From the IMG/VR virus record IMGVR_UViG_3300032312_001958: a DNA stretch of 64,000 nt. One strand, given 5' to 3'. The DNA comes from a virus. Taxonomy: Duplodnaviria; Caudoviricetes. Each line of letters begins with the position of its first letter. Position 1 is the first letter of the stretch. The translations under genes were made by a program, and so were the position numbers. The notes under the pieces are model-generated. The model searched no databases. It was given only the letters and a program-made list of their open reading frames with translations, and was not told the DNA's origin. Below, one piece after another: positions 48,277-57,384 of the stretch.

Positions 48277-49359
48277 ATGAAACTTTACGAAGCATTAAAA
48301 AAATTTATTCAGGGTACGGCCGATGAATGGGACGTAAGGAGGAGTGATGATAACACTAGAATAGGTAGAGTGAATCAAAATAGTTTAGGTAAATCGTTAG
48401 TTACATTAACATTTTATGAAGAGGAATTTGCAAAAATTTTTTTGGGGGACAATTCCGAATCTGATAATAACTCCTATTATTTCAATGTAGCATTTAATAG
48501 AAGGGGATATTATGGAGGTTCAGTATTTGTCGACGCTCATTATTTTGGGGATGATGAGTGGAAATATGGCGCCTGTTGGTGGTATTTTAATGAAGATAAC
48601 AGAAATTTATTTTTATCAATTTTAAAAATACTTAATCCGGGATTAGTTGAACTAGATGATAATGGAAAACCTGATGACGAGGCGTTTCAATTTTTACTAA
48701 ATAAATATACTGATGAAATTGAACAAATTAATTACGAATACGCTGAACTTTATGATGAGGCATTAGTTGTTGGTTTAAGGGAGTATGTTTTAAAAAAAAC
48801 TTGTGATGTATTTTCAGAATTTGGAATTTATGAGAAAGATTGTGCCCGTCAATACTTAACAACAGTTTCGGTATTAATGTCTTTATGGAAAATGACTGGT
48901 ACTGATGAAGACTCAAATGTTTTAGATTTATTACATAATTTAGCAATACAAAGAAATTTAATAATTGATGAAGATTTATATGAAGATTATTACTCATATT
49001 TTGACGAAAAAAACTTTGACTCAGAATCATTTAATAGAACTGTAGAAAGACAATTAGAAAAAATAAAAGACAAAATTGATGAGGAAATAGATGAAGGTAC
49101 ATTACAAGATAGTATTAAAATACATAATCAATTATCAAAATTAGGTTATAAGTTTGGTAGGTGGTATAGTTTACCTGACCAAAAACATTTTAATAAAATT
49201 GGAAAAAAGAACGAAAAATTTAAGTTACTTAACGTAATTGGGGGAAAAATAGTATTCAATAGGTTAAATCCTGACAATGGAATAGCACAGTCCGCAATGG
49301 GACCCGAAGATTTTTTTAATTATTTATACCATCCAGAATTGTTTGAATCAAAAAAATGA
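48277..49359 (+). CDS. hypothetical protein
   Basis: 360 aa, TATTTAT upstream. Confidence 0.8.
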   Translation: MKLYEALKKFIQGTADEWDVRRSDDNTRIGRVNQNSLGKSLVTLTFYEEEFAKIFLGDNSESDNNSYYFNVAFNRRGYYGGSVFVDAHYFGDDEWKYGACWWYFNEDNRNLFLSILKILNPGLVELDDNGKPDDEAFQFLLNKYTDEIEQINYEYAELYDEALVVGLREYVLKKTCDVFSEFGIYEKDCARQYLTTVSVLMSLWKMTGTDEDSNVLDLLHNLAIQRNLIIDEDLYEDYYSYFDEKNFDSESFNRTVERQLEKIKDKIDEEIDEGTLQDSIKIHNQLSKLGYKFGRWYSLPDQKHFNKIGKKNEKFKLLNVIGGKIVFNRLNPDNGIAQSAMGPEDFFNYLYHPELFESKK

Positions 49360-49373
49360 TTATCTTTGTCCTT

Positions 49374-50204
49374 ATGGATAAAAATATAGAATTTCTTAAA
49401 ACAGTATTATCAATTCCAACTCACACTTATCATGAAGATAGGATGATTGATTTTTTAATTGATTATTTAAGTGAAAAAAAATACCCTTTTAAAATTGATG
49501 AGTTGGGTAATATATACGTAACAAAAGGACTAATTTCAGAAAACGAATTTTATCCTTGTGTCGTTGCTCATACTGATACTGTACACCCTATTGACACTAT
49601 CAATATTAGAGAAGAACAACGTAAAGATTCCAAAGGGAATTTAAATTTTAGTTTGAAAGCTTATAATGATGAAGGAGAACCTACAGGGATTGGGGGTGAT
49701 GATAAATGTGGAGTATTTGCTTGTTTACAACTTTTAGAAGAATTTGAAGTTTTAAAAGTCGCATTTTTTGTGTCTGAAGAAGTTGGTTGTATTGGCTCAA
49801 AACAGGCTGACCCTGTATTTTTTAATGATGTAGGGTACGCAATTCAATTCGATGCTCCTGATGATTATATGGTTACAGAATATTGTTTTGGTGTAAAAAT
49901 GTTTGAAACTGATTCTCCGTTTCATACTACAGCTAAAACAGTATTAACTGAAAACATGTTATCAGAACCAAGATTTATGCAACATCCTTATACAGATATT
50001 TGGCAATTAAAACAAAAATTTGATTTTTCATGTATCAATCTTTCTGTTGGTTATCACTCGTACCATACAAAACACGAATATGTGGTTGTAGATGAAGTTT
50101 TTGCAGGTATTGAATCAGGTAAAAAATTAATTCAAGAGTTGGGAAATACAAAATATGTTTATAAACATATTCCTCGAGACTTAACAAAAGGATTTTTTAA
50201 TTAA
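49374..50204 (+). CDS. M20/M28/M42-clan zinc peptidase
   Basis: VAHTDTV, GGDDKCG, EEVGCIGS, FD, YHTKHE; TATCTTTG upstream. Confidence 0.85.
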   Translation: MDKNIEFLKTVLSIPTHTYHEDRMIDFLIDYLSEKKYPFKIDELGNIYVTKGLISENEFYPCVVAHTDTVHPIDTINIREEQRKDSKGNLNFSLKAYNDEGEPTGIGGDDKCGVFACLQLLEEFEVLKVAFFVSEEVGCIGSKQADPVFFNDVGYAIQFDAPDDYMVTEYCFGVKMFETDSPFHTTAKTVLTENMLSEPRFMQHPYTDIWQLKQKFDFSCINLSVGYHSYHTKHEYVVVDEVFAGIESGKKLIQELGNTKYVYKHIPRDLTKGFFN

Positions 50205-50219
50205 AATAAAAAAGGGGGT

Positions 50220-52262
50220 TTATTCCCCCTTTTTCTTTTTCCCTTTTTTAGTTGTTTTATTTTTTGTAAGGATAACATCTTCATCTTTAATTGAAATATT
50301 GTAGGATTCATTAATTTCAATATTATTCTTTAACACTTCATCCGACACAAAATCTTCAATCTTTTCTTGTATTGCTCTTTTTAATGGTCTTGCGCCATAT
50401 ACCTCGTCAAATCCAACTTTAGAAATATATTCAATAACTGAATTATCAAATGTAATATCGTAACCAAGTTTAACTAACCTATTTGTTAATTTTGATACCT
50501 CAACTAAAACAATTTTTTGAATGTCTTCGTCTTGTAATGTGTTGAATATTATAATTTCATCTAACCTATTAATAAACTCAGGGGCAAAATAGTTCTTTAA
50601 CTCTTTAGTAAGAATTCCTTTTTTAGCTTCTTCATTTTTATAGACATTTTTTGATGAATCAAAACCAATTCCAGCCCCAAAGTCTTGTAGTTTTTTAACA
50701 CCAATATTTGAAGTCATAATTATTAAACAATTCTTAAAATTAATCTTACGGCCAAAACTATCAGTCATATATCCTTCGTCTAAAAGTTGAAGTAACGCTG
50801 AAAAAATATCTTTATGTGCTTTCTCAACTTCATCAAACAACACTACTGAATATGGTTTAGTTTTTACTTGTTCAGTTAATTGTCCTCCCTCGTCATAACC
50901 CACATATCCAGGAGGTGAACCAATCAATCGAGATACTGAGTGTTTTTCTTGGAATTCACTCATATCTACCCTTATTAGACTATCTTCACTTCCAAATATT
51001 TGTTTTGCCAATTCTTTGGCCAATAAAGTTTTACCTACACCTGTTGACCCTAAAAATATAAATGAACCAATTGGTTTGTTTGGGTCTTTAATGCCTAATC
51101 GATTTCTACGAATAGACTTTGCAATTTTGATAACCGCTTCTTTTTGACCTATTACAGACTTGTTAAGTTCTTCTTCTAAATTAATTAAAACATTTTTATC
51201 GTCTAAACTTAATTTATTTAATGGGATTTTTGTCATGGTTGAAACCACATCATAAACTAATTCCTCAGGTACGTCTTTTCTATTATGTAACAAATCCTCC
51301 TCAAATAACTTCTTTTCAATGTCTAAAAGATTTAAAACTTTTTTTTCTTTGTCCCTTAAACTAGCGGCTTCTTCATAATTTTGTTTTTTAACAACTGATA
51401 ATTTTTGTTGTTTAATTTCCATCGCTTCTCTTTTTAATTCCTCAATAATCTCAGGGTTTTTAATATCAACTTGAGCTCTTGCTCCGACCTCGTCTAAAAT
51501 GTCAAAAGCTTTATCCGGAAATTCTCTATCCGTAATATATCTCTCCGCTAAATCAACACATATTTGTAATATATTATCTGAAAATATTACTTTGTGGTAG
51601 TTTTCATATTTGTCTTTAACGTTTTTAAGAATTTGAAAAGTCTCCTCTTTAGTTGATGGACTGACTATTACTTTTTGAAATCTTCTATCTAACGCTCCAT
51701 CCTTCTCAATTTGTTTTTTATACTCGTCTAAAGTTGTTGCTCCGATACATTGTATTTCACCTCTTGATAATGCAGGTTTTAATATGTTAGATGCGTCAAG
51801 AGACCCTGAAGCGTTACCGGCACCTACAATTGTATGAATTTCATCAATAAATAAAATCACATTTGGATTAGCTTGAATTTCTTCCAAAATGACTTTTAAT
51901 CTTTCTTCAAATTGTCCACGATACTTGGTACCCGCAACAATTGAATTGATTTCTAGAGATAGAATTCGTTTATCTAAAAGATTTCTTGGGCAGTCGCCCT
52001 CAAATATTTTCATAGCCAATCCCTCAACAATTGCAGTTTTACCACAACCAGGTTCACCTATGATTATTGGGTTATTTTTCTTTCTTCGAGATAAAATTTG
52101 AGCAATTCTAATAATTTCGTTTTCTCGACCAACCACAGGGTCTAATTTACCTTCCTCTGCCAATTTAATTAAATCTCGACTAAAATTATCTAAAACAGGA
52201 GTATTACTATTAGTCTCCACTTTTTTTGGATTTTTCATCCCGTCATCAACTGAATCTGTCAT
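50220..52262 (-). CDS. clpC: ClpC-like AAA+ chaperone lacking the N-terminal Clp repeat domain
   Basis: GEPGCGKT, FIDEIH, UVR-like middle domain, GSTGVGKT, FDEVEKAH, IGF loop, GARPL. Confidence 0.9.
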   Translation of the reverse strand: MTDSVDDGMKNPKKVETNSNTPVLDNFSRDLIKLAEEGKLDPVVGRENEIIRIAQILSRRKKNNPIIIGEPGCGKTAIVEGLAMKIFEGDCPRNLLDKRILSLEINSIVAGTKYRGQFEERLKVILEEIQANPNVILFIDEIHTIVGAGNASGSLDASNILKPALSRGEIQCIGATTLDEYKKQIEKDGALDRRFQKVIVSPSTKEETFQILKNVKDKYENYHKVIFSDNILQICVDLAERYITDREFPDKAFDILDEVGARAQVDIKNPEIIEELKREAMEIKQQKLSVVKKQNYEEAASLRDKEKKVLNLLDIEKKLFEEDLLHNRKDVPEELVYDVVSTMTKIPLNKLSLDDKNVLINLEEELNKSVIGQKEAVIKIAKSIRRNRLGIKDPNKPIGSFIFLGSTGVGKTLLAKELAKQIFGSEDSLIRVDMSEFQEKHSVSRLIGSPPGYVGYDEGGQLTEQVKTKPYSVVLFDEVEKAHKDIFSALLQLLDEGYMTDSFGRKINFKNCLIIMTSNIGVKKLQDFGAGIGFDSSKNVYKNEEAKKGILTKELKNYFAPEFINRLDEIIIFNTLQDEDIQKIVLVEVSKLTNRLVKLGYDITFDNSVIEYISKVGFDEVYGARPLKRAIQEKIEDFVSDEVLKNNIEINESYNISIKDEDVILTKNKTTKKGKKKKGE

Positions 52263-52339
52263 AAGTTTTTTTTATAAGATTAAGTCTATTTTATTTAAAA
52301 TTCAATAATTTGATGTTATGATTTAAAAAAAACAATATT

Positions 52340-52582
52340 ATGTCGATTAAAAGTGAAAAAATTGAAGGGACTAAAATAATTTGTGAGATAGAATCATCTA
52401 ATCTTTCTAAGACAGACTATGACACAATAAGTAAAAAATTAATTGTGGAATTTAAAAATGGTGCGTTATATGAATACGAAAATGTTCCCCATGAATTATA
52501 CACACAGTTCAGAATGTCAGAATCTCAAGGTAGTTTCTTCAATAAAAGTATTTCAAAAAAATTTAAATATAAAAAATTGTAA
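52340..52582 (+). CDS. KTSC domain protein
   Basis: SSNL..YD..LIVEFKNG..YEYENVP..SQGSFFN. Confidence 0.9.
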   Translation: MSIKSEKIEGTKIICEIESSNLSKTDYDTISKKLIVEFKNGALYEYENVPHELYTQFRMSESQGSFFNKSISKKFKYKKL

Positions 52583-52603
52583 AATTTTAAGTATTTATTA
52601 TTT

Positions 52604-53353
52604 GTGAAATTAGATAAAGAAATACTTCAAAGTTTTAATGTGAAAGATGAATTATGTCCTGACATTTGGGAGGGACAAGGTGAATCTGCAAAATTAAAAC
52701 CTAACGTAAGAAAAAAACTACTTCAAATTGCCGAATTATTTAGAGAATTTGTTGGAGTTAATTTTTTTGTTGACGACATTGTTCTAATGGGTTCATTGGT
52801 TAATTATAATTGGTCTAAATTTTCAGATGCCGATTTACATATAATAGTCGACTTTAGTGAGTTTGACCAAGATAAATTAGATGTTTATCAAGAATTATTT
52901 GAGGTTAAGAAAAAAATATTTGCACAGATTCATAATATAAAAATTTACGGTTATGACGTTGAATTGTACATTCAAGACAAATCTACTGAGGCAGTAAGTT
53001 CAGGTGTCTATTCAGTCTTGAATGATGAATGGATATCTTTCCCCAAAAAAGAAGGGTTTCAACTCGATAAGAAATTATTAAAACAAAAAATATCACAGTG
53101 GGTTAACATTATTGATGGTGTTGAGGATATTGTAAAAGATTTAGACGATGAAGAAGCAATTGAATTAGTTAAAAGTTACAAGAAAAAACTAAAAAAATTT
53201 AGAACTTGTGGTTTAGAAAAGGGAGGGGAGTATTCATATGAAAATATAGTATTTAAATATTTGAGACGTTCTGGTCACATCGGTAAATTACACAATTTAC
53301 AAACAAAAATTGAAGACGAATCTCTGTCTTTAAAAGAAAATTTAAAATTTTAA
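52604..53353 (+). CDS. Pol-beta superfamily nucleotidyltransferase
   Basis: GSLVNYNWSKFSDADLH, DVELY. Confidence 0.75.
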   Translation: MKLDKEILQSFNVKDELCPDIWEGQGESAKLKPNVRKKLLQIAELFREFVGVNFFVDDIVLMGSLVNYNWSKFSDADLHIIVDFSEFDQDKLDVYQELFEVKKKIFAQIHNIKIYGYDVELYIQDKSTEAVSSGVYSVLNDEWISFPKKEGFQLDKKLLKQKISQWVNIIDGVEDIVKDLDDEEAIELVKSYKKKLKKFRTCGLEKGGEYSYENIVFKYLRRSGHIGKLHNLQTKIEDESLSLKENLKF

Positions 53354-53435
53354 TCAATTTACATAATTCAAAGTATTTATTTATAAAACACTAAATAAAA
53401 CAGCATTTTACTGCCTTATTAAAAAGTAAAAAAAT

Positions 53436-54617
53436 ATGAGTAAGTTAAAACCGGTTGGTAGCGAAAAATTAGAAGGGTTGGATAAAATCCAACGTATTAT
53501 GGAAATCGCTAGATATAAAGAGGTTATCCCACAATCAATAAATGAAGTATCATCTCGCGAATATCAAATAGTATTAGCAGATGGTGAAACGTATTCTATC
53601 GACAAAGAAAAATTGGGATACGTAATCAAGAAAAAAGTTAATGAAAGTTTTGATTATGTTGACCCTATGAAAAATAGGTCTCATTATAAATCTTATTCCC
53701 AAGCATTTAAAAAACTTAACTTGATTGCTCAAGAAGTTAACAGATTAACCGAGACTGAAGAAAATATTTCTTTATTTCATGAGGATAAAAAATATTTGTT
53801 AAAAACCCCAAAACCAAAAGTGGAGGACGAACCTCAAGGTCCAGCACCTATGGGGCCACCATCAGCAGTTGCGGAACCATCACCTGTACCGTCACCTGAA
53901 CCTGAAATGGGAGGAGAAGATATGGGACCTGAAATGGGTGGAGAAGATATGGGGTCTGAAATGGGAGGAGAAAACGGAGAAGATATGGGGTCTGAAATGG
54001 GAGGAGAAGAAACTTCTTTTAAGGACATTCAAAAATTGACAGGAAAACTATCTCAAAAAATTAGAGAAATTGAAGACGAACAACCTTTAACAGGTAAAGA
54101 TGTTAAGTACGTAATTAATTCAATTTTGTCGGCTTTAAATTTGGATGAGTTATCAAGCGATGATAAAGAAGAAATTGTATCTAGATTTGAAGAAGAGGAT
54201 GAGGATAATATGCCATCAGACGATATGGATTTTTCATCAAGTGAGGAAGATATGGGACCTGAAATGGGGTCTGAGGATGAGGAAGAACAGACTCAACCTG
54301 AAATGGGGGAATCGGCTCCGGTTCACAAATCGTCAATTGCGTCGGACAATTTTGAAATGTACAATATGAATGAATCTAAAATTGAAAACATTCTTAAAAG
54401 TTATTTCTTTGAGTCTAAAAATGAAAAACAATACAAAAAAAATAGATTTTCATATGTTACAGATTTTGCTGTGACAAAAAAACAAGCTAATGTTGCTAAA
54501 AATTTACTGGAGGCGGCACCAAGTTTACATTTTGTTGGTAGAACAACAAAGAAAAATTTAATATTTGAAAATAACGGACAACAAGTAAAAATTACTCCTA
54601 ACGGTAATATTTTATGA
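53436..54617 (+). CDS. acidic low-complexity head-region protein
   Basis: KPVGSEKL..IQRIMEIA; EMGGEDMG repeats; IQKLTGKLSQKIR. Confidence 0.75.
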   Translation: MSKLKPVGSEKLEGLDKIQRIMEIARYKEVIPQSINEVSSREYQIVLADGETYSIDKEKLGYVIKKKVNESFDYVDPMKNRSHYKSYSQAFKKLNLIAQEVNRLTETEENISLFHEDKKYLLKTPKPKVEDEPQGPAPMGPPSAVAEPSPVPSPEPEMGGEDMGPEMGGEDMGSEMGGENGEDMGSEMGGEETSFKDIQKLTGKLSQKIREIEDEQPLTGKDVKYVINSILSALNLDELSSDDKEEIVSRFEEEDEDNMPSDDMDFSSSEEDMGPEMGSEDEEEQTQPEMGESAPVHKSSIASDNFEMYNMNESKIENILKSYFFESKNEKQYKKNRFSYVTDFAVTKKQANVAKNLLEAAPSLHFVGRTTKKNLIFENNGQQVKITPNGNIL

Positions 54618-54994
54618 GTTATTTAGTTTTTATAAATGGTCTTGGACCAAATTATAAAGGGGAAATGAGATATGAATTCGTTTTCTCAAAAAATTTAGAA
54701 GTGTGGGGAGAGGATTGGGAACACGAACCAGCAAACTCATATCCAAAACCACCTGAACTTGAGGACATAGAAAGTGTTGGGGTATTATCTGAAGGGGGGA
54801 TAGAATTAGAATTAATACAAAATTCAGATTATTTCTCAATGAAAGATGCGGTGGATGGAGTTGTTTGTTTAGGATGGGAAAGTGATAAAGAAAAAGACGA
54901 AAGGTTAGTGTTTAGATTTGGGGAAAAAGAAGAAGAAACAAAAAATAAATTATACTCCCAAGATTTAATTTTGGGTTTTGAAAAAGTATTGTAA
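54614..54994 (+). CDS. hypothetical protein
   Basis: LGPNYKG..YEFVFS, DAVDGVVCLGWE. Confidence 0.8.
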   Translation: MSYLVFINGLGPNYKGEMRYEFVFSKNLEVWGEDWEHEPANSYPKPPELEDIESVGVLSEGGIELELIQNSDYFSMKDAVDGVVCLGWESDKEKDERLVFRFGEKEEETKNKLYSQDLILGFEKVL

Positions 54995-54995
54995 A

Positions 54996-55787
54996 ATGAG
55001 CTTAGTCAACAAAAAACAAGTATTAACAAAAATGGGATTCAGTCCAAAAACATTGTCCCTTATGACTGAGTCTGAAATATCAAAATTATTCAAGACTTTC
55101 TTAATTGAAACAAAAAAAGAAAATAAAGAAGCAGTTCAGGTAACTAAAACTGTGTTGGATAAAAATAATCCTACGGACGTTAAAACTGCGAATTTTTGTT
55201 TACAAAATCCTTCAGACTCAAAATGTAAAAATGTTGAGATGAAAGAAGGTAAAAAAACAAAGAAAAAAAATCCATGGGCTATTTGTACTTCTGTAATGGG
55301 TGCTGAATTTGGTACGAAAGAAAGAAGTGATTGGACAAAAAAACAAATGGATAAATATGAAAAATGTGTGGTTGGTGTAAAAAAATCAATTAAAGAAGGA
55401 AAAAATCCTATAGAAGTTTTGTTAGAAGATAAATTTAGAGGTATTATTGTAGAAAATTTAAGACCAAAAATAACAAAATCTGATATAATCAAAATGATTT
55501 TTGAAAATGTAGAAATGGCTGACCCGGCAGTTAAACCAAAAACAAAACCTGGAGTTAAACCCGATACGGATTATGACCCATTCATATCACCTGACCCTGA
55601 TGACCAACCTGAAGCTAATACACCTGAACCAAAAACAAAACCAAAACCTGGTGTAAAACCTGATGTTGATTTTGACCCATTTATCTCTCCCGACCCAGAT
55701 GACCAACCTGAGGCAGGTGCTAGAGGTTTAGAGAGTTTTATGTCGGCAGTTAAAAAAATGGGAATGTTAAAAAAAGGTAAGAGATGA
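54996..55787 (+). CDS. hypothetical protein with duplicated Pro-rich motif
   Basis: NPWAICT; KPGVKPD..DPFISPDPDDQPEA twice. Confidence 0.75.
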   Translation: MSLVNKKQVLTKMGFSPKTLSLMTESEISKLFKTFLIETKKENKEAVQVTKTVLDKNNPTDVKTANFCLQNPSDSKCKNVEMKEGKKTKKKNPWAICTSVMGAEFGTKERSDWTKKQMDKYEKCVVGVKKSIKEGKNPIEVLLEDKFRGIIVENLRPKITKSDIIKMIFENVEMADPAVKPKTKPGVKPDTDYDPFISPDPDDQPEANTPEPKTKPKPGVKPDVDFDPFISPDPDDQPEAGARGLESFMSAVKKMGMLKKGKR

Positions 55788-57319
55788 ACAACAAAAAAAT
55801 TTTAATAGAACGAGTTAAAAAACTACTCAATGAGGCACCACCTATGAGTTTTGGTCCTGAATTAGGAGGGGCTAGACCAAGTAAAGATTTACAATCAAAG
55901 ATTGAAGGTGGTAAATTACCATTAAGTCAATTTGGATTAACTCAAGCTCAAGTAGATTTCTTTACATCACAAGCATTTAAAGAATCTGTTTTGAATTTAG
56001 AAAGATTAATGGACAGAAGTTCAGGAGTTATTCCTCGACTAACAAGAGGTAATCAAAATTTAAAGAAGGACGCTCAAACCGCCTTTAGAGAATTATACTC
56101 TTTAGTAAGTGACCTATTAGGTGAGTTAATCCAACTACAAGGAAGAAATCAAGAAGAATTAGAACAAATCGCCAATGAGTCAGTTGAAAAGGCGATGGGT
56201 ATTGACAGAAAGTTTTTTGACAATAAGTTAACACTAGATGGTAAGTTTACTCAGGGAGCATTACGTCAACTACAAGGAATGAAAGCAAAAGTTCAAAAAA
56301 TTTCTGATGAAGAAATTATGAAAAAATTTGCAAGTGTTGATGAAGAGAAAAAAGAAAAACTTGAACAAATGAGACAGGAGTTTGAAAGTATGGGTGTCGA
56401 GTTTGATGAGGAGCAAGCTAAAAAGGCGATAGATTCTACTTTTAAAATGTCCCCTGAAGCGATTCAGGCGGCTAAAAAATCATTCTCAGATGAAGTTTCT
56501 AGAAGAATGATTATTAACTTATTCAGACGTGGTATGTCACTTTATTATGTAAACGCTTATGAAATATGTAAAGATAAGATAGAGAGTTTACCTGGTGGTG
56601 ATAGAATTATCGAATTATCTAACGTGTTACAACCGATAATGTTACATATGTATTGGTTATTCCCTGATATTGGTTCTATGGGAACGACAGGAGGAGGACA
56701 AATCGGTCAGATTGAGGTTGTACCACCTAAGAGCGGAAACCAAGGTCAAAATGACGATGAAGAAGAGGATGAAGAAGAGGATGAAACACCAAAACCAACA
56801 CAGCAACAATCATCATCACAACAACCGACAGGACCATTTATTATTAGAGCAAGGGCAATGACTTTACCATTATTAGTTCATGAATTAGTAAAAGGTGTTG
56901 CAATGTTCTTCACGTCAGCAGGTGGTGAAAAAACTGAACAAGGTAGATTGGCAAAACAACAAGCAAGTTCATTAGAAATTGAAGCGTACGATTTAGTTTA
57001 TGGTGAAAAATTCTTTATGGAATTTTACAAAGTTTTTAATAAATTAGTACCCGATAAACAAGAACAAAGAGATTTAACACCATTTGTACTTAAATTTTTA
57101 TCTGAAGAAAAATATGAAGTTTTGGTTGAATTAGCTAAATCATTATTCACTTTAGGATTAACTGACCAAAATTTCGCTGAAAATTTTATAACACAGTTAG
57201 TTGAAAAATCTAAAAAATTAGTAAATAAAATGCAACAAAACCCATCGTATGTTGAAAAGAAAAAATACGGTGAAGAACAGTTTGACGATGAAGATTTTCT
57301 ATCAGGATTAGGATTCTAA
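55784..57319 (+). CDS. hypothetical protein upstream of terminase
   Basis: 511 aa; PLLVHELVKG. Confidence 0.8.
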   Translation: MNNKKILIERVKKLLNEAPPMSFGPELGGARPSKDLQSKIEGGKLPLSQFGLTQAQVDFFTSQAFKESVLNLERLMDRSSGVIPRLTRGNQNLKKDAQTAFRELYSLVSDLLGELIQLQGRNQEELEQIANESVEKAMGIDRKFFDNKLTLDGKFTQGALRQLQGMKAKVQKISDEEIMKKFASVDEEKKEKLEQMRQEFESMGVEFDEEQAKKAIDSTFKMSPEAIQAAKKSFSDEVSRRMIINLFRRGMSLYYVNAYEICKDKIESLPGGDRIIELSNVLQPIMLHMYWLFPDIGSMGTTGGGQIGQIEVVPPKSGNQGQNDDEEEDEEEDETPKPTQQQSSSQQPTGPFIIRARAMTLPLLVHELVKGVAMFFTSAGGEKTEQGRLAKQQASSLEIEAYDLVYGEKFFMEFYKVFNKLVPDKQEQRDLTPFVLKFLSEEKYEVLVELAKSLFTLGLTDQNFAENFITQLVEKSKKLVNKMQQNPSYVEKKKYGEEQFDDEDFLSGLGF

Positions 57320-57329
57320 AAAAATATTT

Positions 57330-57353
57330 AAAAACCCCTCAATGAGGGGTTTC
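57330..57353 (+). terminator. intrinsic terminator
   Basis: AAACCCCTCA-a-TGAGGGGTTT. Confidence 0.7.
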
Positions 57354-57384
57354 TTATTTAATATCATTTCAGATATTTATTATT

